Source of the DNA: Auanema rhodensis
Taxonomy: Eukaryota > Animalia > Nematoda
Assembly (NCBI GenBank): GCA_964057225.1
Contig: OZ059894.1
Span: 1,488,001 to 1,552,000 of the forward strand
Direction of reading: 5' to 3'
Length of the DNA stretch: 64,000 nucleotides
Shown here piece by piece: positions 1 through 11,200 of the stretch. The position numbers and the translations under genes were made by a program. The notes below the pieces were generated by a model. That model ran no database searches, had not been told where the DNA came from, and was given only the letters and a program-made list of their open reading frames with translations. How positions within the stretch are numbered: position 1 is the stretch's first letter; each line of letters begins with the position of its first letter.

Positions 1-10
1 ATCTCGGTGC

Positions 11-61
11 ATTTTTAAGCTAGCGCAAATCTGATAACACAGATCGACGCAGCTTGAAAAT
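11..61. repeat. Nested imperfect inverted repeat (dyad 1), present in every monomer
   Basis: ATTTTTAAGCT (11-21) pairs with AGCTTGAAAAT (51-61) with one T.G mismatch. GCG (23-25) pairs with CGC (48-50). ATCTG (29-33) pairs with CAGAT (40-44) around a 6-nt loop, ATAACA. Confidence 0.85.
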
Positions 62-143
62 CCGCATCGAATGCACTATACTACATTGAGGAACGCTTAA
101 TACAAAAATTAGTTATGATCGTTTGAAAAATGATGCATTAGTG

Positions 144-173
144 TATGTTGAGTTTCCATGTACACTCAACATA
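144..173. repeat. Perfect 10-bp inverted repeat with 10-nt spacer (dyad 2), present in consensus monomers
   Basis: TATGTTGAGT (144-153) and ACTCAACATA (164-173) are exact reverse complements; the spacer is TTCCATGTAC. Confidence 0.92.
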
Positions 174-536
174 GCTTCCAAAAACATTTTGACAAAAATT
201 TTTTCGAAAAATTTCCAGATAATTTAGCAGAAAGTAGATGTTTTTAGATTCCTTTTTTCAAGGCAAAGACGATGGACAATGTTATTCAACGAAAAAATTA
301 ATTCTTCAGGGTGAAAATCGAGGATATAAGTGTGAATTTATATCAGTTGATATCTCGGTGCATTTTTAAGCTAGCGCAAATCTGATAACACAGATCGACG
401 CAGCTTGAAAATCCGCATTGAATGCACTATACTTCATTGAAGAACGCTTAATACAAAAATTAGTTATGATCGTTTGAAAAATGATGCATTAGTGTATGTT
501 GAGTTTCCATGTACACTCAACATAGCTTCCAAAAAC

Positions 537-571
537 ATTTTGACAAAAATTTTTTCGAAAAATTTCAAAAT
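537..571. repeat. A/T-tract palindrome centred on TTCGAA (dyad 3; monomer positions 186-220, shown in M2)
   Basis: The core TTTTTCGAAAAA is a perfect 12-bp palindrome, and the outer arms ATTTTGA / TCAAAAT are reverse complements. Confidence 0.85.
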
Positions 572-673
572 AATTTAGCAGAAAGTAGATGTTTTTAGAT
601 TCCTTTTTTTAAGGCAAAGACGATGGACAATGTTATTCAACGAAAAAATTAATTCTTCAGGGTGAAAATCGAG

Positions 674-695
674 GATATAAGTGTGAACTTATATC
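674..695. repeat. Perfect 9-bp inverted repeat with 4-nt loop GTGA (dyad 4; monomer positions 323-344, shown in M2)
   Basis: GATATAAGT-GTGA-ACTTATATC. It overlaps a second small dyad, ATATCA-GT-TGATAT, that spans the monomer junction. Confidence 0.92.
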
Positions 696-3600
696 AGTTG
701 ATATCTCGGTGCATTTTTAAGCTAGCGCAAATCTGATAACACAGATCGACGCAGCTTGAAAATCCGCATCGAATGCACTATACTACATTGAGGAACGCTT
801 AATACAAAAATTAGTTATGATCGTTTGAAAAATGATGCATTAGTGTATGTTCAGTTTCCATGTACACTCAACATAGCTTCCAAAAACAGTTTGACAAAAA
901 TTTTTTCGAAAAATTTCAAAATAATTTAGCAGAAAGTAGATGTTTTTAGATTCCTTTTTTTAAGGCAAAGACGATGGACAATGTTATTCAACGAAAAAAT
1001 TAATTCTTCAGGGTGAAAATCGAGGATATAAGTGTGAACTTATATCAGTTGATATCTCGGTGCATTTTTAAGCTAGCGCAAATTTGATAACACAGATCGA
1101 CGCAGCTTGAAAATCCGCATCGAATGCACTATACTACATTGAGGAACGCTTAATACAAAAATTAGTTATGATCGTTTGAAAAATGATGCATTAGTGTATG
1201 TTGAGTTTCCATGTACACTCAACATAGCTTCCAAAAACATTTTGACAAAAATTTTTTCGAAAAATTTCAAAATAATTTAGCAGAAAGTAGATGTTTTTAG
1301 ATTCCTTTTTTTAAGGCAAAGACGATGGACAATGTTATTCAACGAAAAAATTAATTCTTCAGGGTGAAAATCGAGGATATAAGTGTGAACTTATATCAGT
1401 TGATATCTCGGTGCATTTTTAAGCTAGCGCAAATCTGATAACACAGATCGACGCAGCTTGAAAATCCGCATCGAATGCACTATACTACATTGAGGAACGC
1501 TTAATACAAAAATTAGTTATGATCGTTTGAAAAATGATGCATTAGTGTATGTTCAGTTTCCATGTACACTCAACATAGCTTCCAAAAACATTTTGACAAA
1601 AATTTTTTCGAAAAATTTCAAAATAATTTAGCAGAAAGTAGATGTTTTTAGATTCCTTTTTTTAAGGCAAAGACGATGGACAATGTTATTCAACGAAAAA
1701 ATTAATTCTTCAGGGTGAAAATCGAGGATATAAGTGTGAACTTATATCAGTTGATATCTCGGTGCATTTTTAAGCTAGCGCAAATTTGATAACACAGATC
1801 GACGCAGCTTGAAAATCCGCATCGAATGCACTATACTACATTGAGGAACGCTTAATACAAAAATTAGTTATGATCGTTTGAAAAATGATGCATTAGTGTA
1901 TGTTGAGTTTCCATGTACACTCAACATAGCTTCCAAAAACATTTTGACAAAAATTTTTTCGAAAAATTTCAAAATAATTTAGCAGAAAGTAGATGTTTTT
2001 AGATTCCTTTTTTTAAGGCAAAGACGATGGACAATGTTATTCAACGAAAAAATTAATTCTTCAGGGTGAAAATCGAGGATATAAGTGTGAACTTATATCA
2101 GTTGATATCTCGGTGCATTTTTAAGCTAGCGCAAATCTGATAACACAGATCGACGCAGCTTGAAAATCCGCATCGAATGCACTATACTACATTGAGGAAC
2201 GCTTAATACAAAAATTAGTTATGATCGTTTGAAAAATGATGCATTAGTGTATGTTGAGTTTCCATGTACACTCAACATAGCTTCCAAAAACATTTTGACA
2301 AAAATTTTTTCGAAAAATTTCCAGATAATTTAGCAGAAAGTAGATGTTTTTAGATTCCTTTTTTCAAGGCAAAGACGATGGACAATGTTATTCAACGAAA
2401 AAATTAGTTCTTCAGGGTGAAAATCGAGGATATAAGTGTGAATTTATATCAGTTGATATCTCGGTGCATTTTTAAGCTAGCGCAAATCTGATAACACAGA
2501 TCGACGCAGCTTGAAAATCCGCATTGAATGCACTATACTTCATTGAAGAACGCTTAATACAAAAATTAGTTATGATCGTTTGAAAAATGATGCATTAGTG
2601 TATGTTGAGTTTCCATGTACACTCAACATAGCTTCCAAAAACATTTTGACAAAAATTTTTTCGAAAAATTTCAAAATAATTTAGCAGAAAGTAGATGTTT
2701 TTAGATTCCTTTTTTTAAGGCAAAGACGATGGACAATGTTATTCAACGAAAAAATTAATTCTTCAGGGTGAAAATCGAGGATATAAGTGTGAACTTATAT
2801 CAGTTGATATCTCGGTGCATTTTTAAGCTAGCGCAAATCTGATAACACAGATCGACGCAGCTTGAAAATCCGCATCGAATGCACTATACTACATTGAGGA
2901 ACGCTTAATACAAAAATTAGTTATGATCGTTTGAAAAATGATGCATTAGTGTATGTTGAGTTTCCATGTACACTCAACATAGCTTCCAAAAACATTTTGA
3001 CAAAAATTTTTTCGAAAAATTTCCAGATAATTTAGCAGAAAGTAGATGTTTTTAGATTCCTTTTTTCAAGGCAAAGACGATGGACAATGTTATTCAACGA
3101 AAAAATTAATTCTTCAGGGTGAAAATCGAGGATATAAGTGTGAATTTATATCAGTTGATATCTCGGTGCATTTTTAAGCTAGCGCAAATCTGATAACACA
3201 GATCGACGCAGCTTGAAAATCCGCATTGAATGCACTATACTTCATTGAAGAACGCTTAATACAAAAATTAGTTATGATCGTTTGAAAAATGATGCATTAG
3301 TGTATGTTGAGTTTCCATGTACACTCAACATAGCTTCCAAAAACATTTTGACAAAAATTTTTTCGAAAAATTTCAAAATAATTTAGCAGAAAGTAGATGT
3401 TTTTAGATTCCTTTTTTTAAGGCAAAGACGATGGACAATGTTATTCAACGAAAAAATTAATTCTTCAGGGTGAAAATCGAGGATATAAGTGTGAACTTAT
3501 ATCAGTTGATATCTCGGTGCATTTTTAAGCTAGCGCAAATCTGATAACACAGATCGACGCAGCTTGAAAATCCGCATCGAATGCACTATACTACATTGAG

Positions 3601-4212
3601 GAACGCTTAATACAAAAATTAGTTATGATCGTTTGAAAAATGATGCATTAGTGTATGTTCAGTTTCCATGTACACTCAACATAGCTTCCAAAAACATTTT
3701 GACAAAAATTTTTTCGAAAAATTTCAAAATAATTTAGCAGAAAGTAGATGTTTTTAGATTCCTTTTTTTAAGGCAAAGACGATGGACAATGTTATTCAAC
3801 GAAAAAATTAATTCTTCAGGGTGAAAATCGAGGATATAAGTGTGAACTTATATCAGTTGATATCTCGGTGCATTTTTAAGCTAGCGCAAATTTGATAAAA
3901 CAGATCGACGCAGCTTGAAAATCCGCATCGAATGCACTATACTACATTGAGGAACGCTTAATACAAAAATTAGTTATGATCGTTTGAAAAATGATGCATT
4001 AGTGTATGTTGAGTTTCCATGTACACTCAACATAGCTTCCAAAAACATTTTGACAAAAATTTTTTCGAAAAATTTCAAAATAATTTAGCAGAAAGTAGAT
4101 GTTTTTAGATTCCTTTTTTTAAGGCAAAGACGATGGACAATGTTATTCAACGAAAAAATTAATTCTTCAGGGTGAAAATCGAGGATATAAGTGTGAACTT
4201 ATATCAGTTGAT

Positions 4213-4563
4213 ATCTCGGTGCATTTTTAAGCTAGCGCAAATCTGATAACACAGATCGACGCAGCTTGAAAATCCGCATCGAATGCACTATACTACATTG
4301 AGGAACGCTTAATACAAAAATTAGTTATGATCGTTTGAAAAATGATGCATTAGTGTATGTTGAGTTTCCATGTACACTCAACATAGCTTCCAAAAACATT
4401 TTGACAAAAATTTTTTCGAAAAATTTCAAAATAATTTAGCAGAAAGTAGATGTTTTTAGATTCCTTTTTTTAAGGCAAAGACGATGGACAATGTTATTCA
4501 ACGAAAAAATTAATTCTTCAGGGTGAAAATCGAGGATATAAGTGTGAACTTATATCAGTTGAT
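4213..4563 (+). repeat. Representative consensus monomer (M13), 351 bp, ~68% AT
   Basis: No variant seen relative to the majority sequence; M22 (7372-7722), M32, M42, M112, M127 and M146 read the same. It carries single NheI (19-24), NsiI (133-138), BsrGI (159-164), BstBI (203-208) and AseI (297-302) sites, plus an EcoRV site across the monomer junction. Confidence 0.93.
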
Positions 4564-5265
4564 ATCTCGGTGCATTTTTAAGCTAGCGCAAATCTGATAA
4601 CACAGATCGACGCAGCTTGAAAATCCGCATTGAATGCACTATACTTCATTGAGGAACACTTAATACAAAAATTAGTTATGATCGTTTGAAAAATGATGCA
4701 TTAGTGTATGTTGAGTTTCCATGTACACTCAACATAGCTTCCAAAAACATTTTGACAAAAATTTTTTCGAAAAATTTCAAAATAATTTAGCAAAAAGTAG
4801 ATGTTTTTAGATTCCTTTTTTTAAGGCAAAGACGATGGACAATGTTATTCAACGAAAAAATTAATTCTTCAGGGTGAAAATCGAGGATATAAGTGTGAAC
4901 TTATATCAGTTGATATCTCGGTGCATTTTTAAGCTAGCGCAAATCTGATAACACAGATCGACGCAGCTTGAAAATCCGCATCGAATGCACTATACTACTT
5001 TGAGAAACGCTTAATACAAAAATTAGTTATGATCGTTTGAAAAATGATGCATTAGTGTATGTTGAGTTTCCATGTACACTCAACATTGCTTCCAAAAACA
5101 TTTTGACAAAAATTTTTTCGAAAAATTTCAAATTAATTTAGCAGAAAGTATATGTTTTTAGATTCCTTTTCTCAAGGCAAAGACGATGGACAATGTTATT
5201 CAACGAAAAAATTAATTCTTCAGGGTGAAAATCGAGGATATAAGTGTGAACTTATATCAGTTGAT

Positions 5266-8200
5266 ATCTCGGTGCATTTTTAAGCTAGCGCAAATCTGAT
5301 AACACAGATCGACGCAGCTTGAAAATCCGCATCGAATGCACTATACTACTTTGAGAAACGCTTAATACAAAAATTAGTTATGATCGTTTGAAAAATGATG
5401 CATTAGTGTATGTTGAGTTTCCATGTACACTCAACATAGCTTCCAAAAACATTTTGACAAAAATTTTTTCGAAAAATTTCAAAATAATTTAGCAGAAAGT
5501 AGATGTTTTTAGATTCCTTTTTTTAAGGCAAAGACGATGGACAATGTTATTCAACGAAAAAATTAATTCTTCAGGGTGAAAATCGAGGATATAAGTGTGA
5601 ACTTATATCAGTTGATATCTCGGTGCATTTTTAAGCTAGCGCAAATCTGATAACACAGATCGACGCAGCTTGAAAATCCGCATCGAATGCACTATACTAC
5701 ATTGAGGAACGCTTAATACAAAAATTAGTTATGATCGTTTGAAAAATGATGCATTAGTGTATGTTCAGTTTCCATGTACACTCAACATAGCTTCCAAAAA
5801 CATTTTGACAAAAATTTTTTCGAAAAATTTCAAAATAATTTAGCAGAAAGTAGATGTTTTTAGATTCCTTTTTTTAAGGCAAAGACGATGGACAATGTTA
5901 TTCAACGAAAAAATTAATTCTTCAGGGTGAAAATCGAGGATATAAGTGTGAACTTATATCAGTTGATATCTCGGTGCATTTTTAAGCTAGCGCAAATTTG
6001 ATAACACAGATCGACGCAGCTTGAAAATCCGCATCGAATGCACTATACTACATTGAGGAACGCTTAATACAAAAATTAGTTATGATCGTTTGAAAAATGA
6101 TGCATTAGTGTATGTTGAGTTTCCATGTACACTCAACATAGCTTCCAAAAACATTTTGACAAAAATTTTTTCGAAAAATTTCAAAATAATTTAGCAGAAA
6201 GTAGATGTTTTTAGATTCCTTTTTTTAAGGCAAAGACGATGGACAATGTTATTCAACGAAAAAATTAATTCTTCAGGGTGAAAATCGAGGATATAAGTGT
6301 GAACTTATATCAGTTGATATCTCGGTGCATTTTTAAGCTAGCGCAAATCTGATAACACAGATCGACGCAGCTTGAAAATCCGCATCGAATGCACTATACT
6401 ACATTGAGGAACGCTTAATACAAAAATTAGTTATGATCGTTTGAAAAATGATGCATTAGTGTATGTTCAGTTTCCATGTACACTCAACATAGCTTCCAAA
6501 AACATTTTGACAAAAATTTTTTCGAAAAATTTCAAAATAATTTAGCAGAAAGTAGATGTTTTTAGATTCCTTTTTTTAAGGCAAAGACGATGGACAATGT
6601 TATTCAACGAAAAAATTAATTCTTCAGGGTGAAAATCGAGGATATAAGTGTGAACTTATATCAGTTGATATCTCGGTGCATTTTTAAGCTAGCGCAAATT
6701 TGATAACACAGATCGACGCAGCTTGAAAATCCGCATCGAATGCACTATACTACATTGAGGAACGCTTAATACAAAAATTAGTTATGATCGTTTGAAAAAT
6801 GATGCATTAGTGTATGTTCAGTTTCCATGTACACTCAACATAGCTTCCAAAAACATTTTGACAAAAATTTTTTCGAAAAATTTCAAAATAATTTAGCAGA
6901 AAGTAGATGTTTTTAGATTCTTTTTTTTAAGGCAAAGACGATGGACAATGTTATTCAACGAAAAAATTAATTCTTCAGGGTGAAAATCGAGGATATAAGT
7001 GTGAACTTATATCAGTTGATATCTCGGTGCATTTCTAAGCTAGCGCAAATCTGATAACACAGATCGACGCAGCTTGAAAATCCGCATCGAATGCACTATA
7101 CTACATTGAGGAACGCTTAATACAAAAATTAGTTATGATCGTTTGAAAAATGATGCATTAGTGTATGTTTAGTTTCCATGTACACTCAACATAGCTTCCA
7201 AAAACATTTTGACAAAATTTTTTTCGAAAAATTTCAAAATAATTTAGCAGAAAGTAGATGTTTTTAGATTCCTTTTTTTAAGGCAAAGACGACGGACAAT
7301 GTTATTCAACGAAAAAATTAATTCTTCAGGGTGAAAATCGAGGATATAAGTGTGAACTTATATCAGTTGATATCTCGGTGCATTTTTAAGCTAGCGCAAA
7401 TCTGATAACACAGATCGACGCAGCTTGAAAATCCGCATCGAATGCACTATACTACATTGAGGAACGCTTAATACAAAAATTAGTTATGATCGTTTGAAAA
7501 ATGATGCATTAGTGTATGTTGAGTTTCCATGTACACTCAACATAGCTTCCAAAAACATTTTGACAAAAATTTTTTCGAAAAATTTCAAAATAATTTAGCA
7601 GAAAGTAGATGTTTTTAGATTCCTTTTTTTAAGGCAAAGACGATGGACAATGTTATTCAACGAAAAAATTAATTCTTCAGGGTGAAAATCGAGGATATAA
7701 GTGTGAACTTATATCAGTTGATATCTCGGTGCATTTTTAAGCTAGCGCAAATCTGATAACACAGATCGACGCAGCTTGAAAATCCGCATCGAATGCACTA
7801 TACTACATTGAGGAACGCTTAATACAAAAATTAGTTATGATCGTTTGAAAAATGATGCATTAGTGTATGTTCAGTTTCCATGTACACTCAACATAGCTTC
7901 CAAAAACATTTTGACAAAAATTTTTTCGAAAAATTTCAAAATAATTTAGCAGAAAGTAGATGTTTTTAGATTCCTTTTTTTAAGGCAAAGACGATGGACA
8001 ATGTTATTCAACGAAAAAATTAATTCTTCAGGGTGAAAATCGAGGATATAAGTGTGAACTTATATCAGTTGATATCTCGGTGCATTTTTAAGCTAGCGCA
8101 AATTTGATAACACAGATCGACGCAGCTTGAAAATCCGCATCGAATGCACTATACTACATTGAGGAACGCTTAATACAAAAATTAGTTATGATCGTTTGAA

Positions 8201-11200
8201 AAATGATGCATTAGTGTATGTTCAGTTTCCATGTACACTCAACATAGCTTCCAAAAACATTTTGACAAAAATTTTTTCGAAAAATTTCAAAATAATTTAG
8301 CAGAAAGTAGATGTTTTTAGATTCCTTTTTTTAAGGCAAAGACGATGGACAATGTTATTCAACGAAAAAATTAATTCTTCAGGGTGAAAATCGAGGATAT
8401 AAGTGTGAACTTATATCAGTTGATAACTCGGTGCATTTTTAAGCTAGCGCAAATTTGATAACACAGATCGACGCAGCTTGAAAATCCGCATCGAATGCAC
8501 TATACTACATTGAGTAACGCTTAATACAAAAATTAGTTATGATCGTTTGAAAAATGATGCATTAGTGTATGTTGAGTTTCCATGTACACTCAACATAGCT
8601 TCCAAAAACATTTTGACAAAAATTTTTTCGAAAAATTTCAAAATAATTTAGCAGAAAGTAGATGTTTTTAGATTCCTTTTTTTAAGGCAAAGACGATGGA
8701 CAATGTTATTCAACGAAAAAATTAATTCTTCAGGGTGAAAATCGAGGATATAAGTGTGAACTTATATCAGTTGATATCTCGGTGCATTTTTAAGCTAGCG
8801 CAAATCTGATAACACAGATCGACGCAGCTTGAAAATCCGCATCGAATGCACTATACTACTTTGAGAAACGCTTAATACAAAAATTAGTTATGATCGTTTG
8901 AAAAATGATGCATTAGTGTATGTTGAGTTTCCATGTACACTCAACATAGCTTCCAAAAACATTTTGACAAAAATTTTTTCGAAAAATTTCAAAATAATTT
9001 AGCAGAAAGTAGATGTTTTTAGATTCCTTTTTTTAAGGCAAAGACGATGGACAATGTTATTCAACGAAAAAATTAATTCTTCAGGGTGAAAATCGAGGAT
9101 ATAAGTGTGAACTTATATCAGTTGATATCTCGGTGCATTTTTAAGCTAGCGCAAATCTGATAACACAGATCGACGCAGCTTGAAAATCCGCATCGAATGC
9201 ACTATACTACATTGAGGAACGCTTAATACAAAAATTAGTTATGATCGTTTGAAAAATGATGCATTAGTGTATGTTCAGTTTCCATGTACACTCAACATAG
9301 CTTCCAAAAACATTTTGACAAAAATTTTTTCGAAAAATTTCAAAATAATTTAGCAGAAAGTAGATGTTTTTAGATTCCTTTTTTTAAGGCAAAGACGATG
9401 GACAATGTTATTCAACGAAAAAATTAATTCTTCAGGGTGAAAATCGAGGATATAAGTGTGAACTTATATCAGTTGATATCTCGGTGCATTTTTAAGCTAG
9501 CGCAAATTTGATAACACAGATCGACGCAGCTTGAAAATCCGCATCGAATGCACTATACTACATTGAGGAACGCTTAATACAAAAATTAGTTATGATCGTT
9601 TGAAAAATGATGCATTAGTGTATGTTGAGTTTCCATGTACACTCAACATAGCTTCCAAAAACATTTTGACAAAAATTTTTTCGAAAAATTTCAAAATAAT
9701 TTAGCAGAAAGTAGATGTTTTTAGATTCCTTTTTTTAAGGCAAAGACGATGGACAATGTTATTCAACGAAAAAATTAATTCTTCAGGGTGAAAATCGAGG
9801 ATATAAGTGTGAACTTATATCAGTTGATATCTCGGTGCATTTTTAAGCTAGCGCAAATCTGATAACACAGATCGACGCAGCTTGAAAATCCGCATCGAAT
9901 GCACTATACCACATTGAGGAACGCTTAATACAAAAATTAGTTATGATCGTTTGAAAAATGATGCATTAGTGTATGTTCAGTTTCCATGTACACTCAACAT
10001 AGCTTCCAAAAACATTTTGACAAAAATTTTTTCGAAAAATTTCAAAATAATTTAGCAGAAAGTAGATGTTTTTAGATTCCTTTTTTTAAGGCAAAGACGA
10101 TGGACAATGTTATTCAACGAAAAAATTAATTCTTCAGGGTGAAAATCGAGGATATAAGTGTGAACTTATATCAGTTGATATCTCGGTGCATTTTTAAGCT
10201 AGCGCAAATTTGATAACACAGATCGACGCAGCTTGAAAATCCGCATCGAATGCACTATACTACATTGAGGAACGCTTGATACAAAAATTAGTTATGATCG
10301 TTTGAAAAATGATGCATTAGTGTATGTTCAGTTTCCATGTACACTCAACATAGCTTCCAAAAACATTTTGACAAAAATTTTTTCGAAAAATTTCAAAATA
10401 ATTTAGCAGAAAGTAGATGTTTTTAGATTCTTTTTTTTAAGGCAAAGACGATGGACAATGTTATTCAACGAAAAAATTAATTCTTCAGGGTGAAAATCGA
10501 GGATATAAGTGTGAACTTATATCAGTTGATATCTCGGTGCATTTTTAAGCTAGCGCAAATCTGATAACACAGATCGACGCAGCTTGAAAATCCGCATCGA
10601 ATGCACTATACTACATTGAGGAACGCTTAATACAAAAATTAGTTATGATCGTTTGAAAAATGATGCATTAGTGTATGTTTAGTTTCCATGTACACTCAAC
10701 ATAGCTTCCAAAAACATTTTGACAAAATTTTTTTCGAAAAATTTCAAAATAATTTAGCAGAAAGTAGATGTTTTTAGATTCCTTTTTTTAAGGCAAAGAC
10801 GACGGACAATGTTATTCAACGAAAAAATTAATTCTTCAGGGTGAAAATCGAGGATATAAGTGTGAACTTATATCAGTTGATATCTCGGTGCATTTTTAAG
10901 CTAGCGCAAATCTGATAACACAGATCGACGCAGCTTGAAAATCCGCATCGAATGCACTATACTACATTGAGGAACGCTTAATACAAAAATTAGTTATGAT
11001 CGTTTGAAAAATGATGCATTAGTGTATGTTGAGTTTCCATGTACACTCAACATAGCTTCCAAAAACATTTTGACAAAAATTTTTTCGAAAAATTTCAAAA
11101 TAATTTAGCAGAAAGTAGATGTTTTTAGATTCCTTTTTTTAAGGCAAAGACGATGGACAATGTTATTCAACGAAAAAATTAATTCTTCAGGGTGAAAATC

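Noticed and set aside
278-294. CENP-B-box-like motif on the minus strand (TTTCGTTGAATAACATT)
   Set aside because: It matches the TTCG....A part but lacks the essential CGGG, so it is not a canonical CENP-B box.
270-320. Hammerhead ribozyme, as known in some ~330-500-bp animal satellites; the minus strand has CUGAAGA (complement of 303-309) and the plus strand has CUGAUAA...GAAA (31-59)
   Set aside because: On the minus strand the motif is followed by GAAU rather than GAAA, and convincing stems I and II cannot be drawn. On the plus strand the conserved G of CUGANGA is missing and stem III does not form. An Infernal/RNAmotif search of a monomer dimer would settle it.
674-695. Stem-loops as intrinsic terminators, or tandem tRNA/5S/snRNA gene units
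   Set aside because: The stems are AT-rich without a following U-tract or an upstream gene. I could not recognise a cloverleaf, 5S, spliced-leader or snRNA sequence in the monomer.
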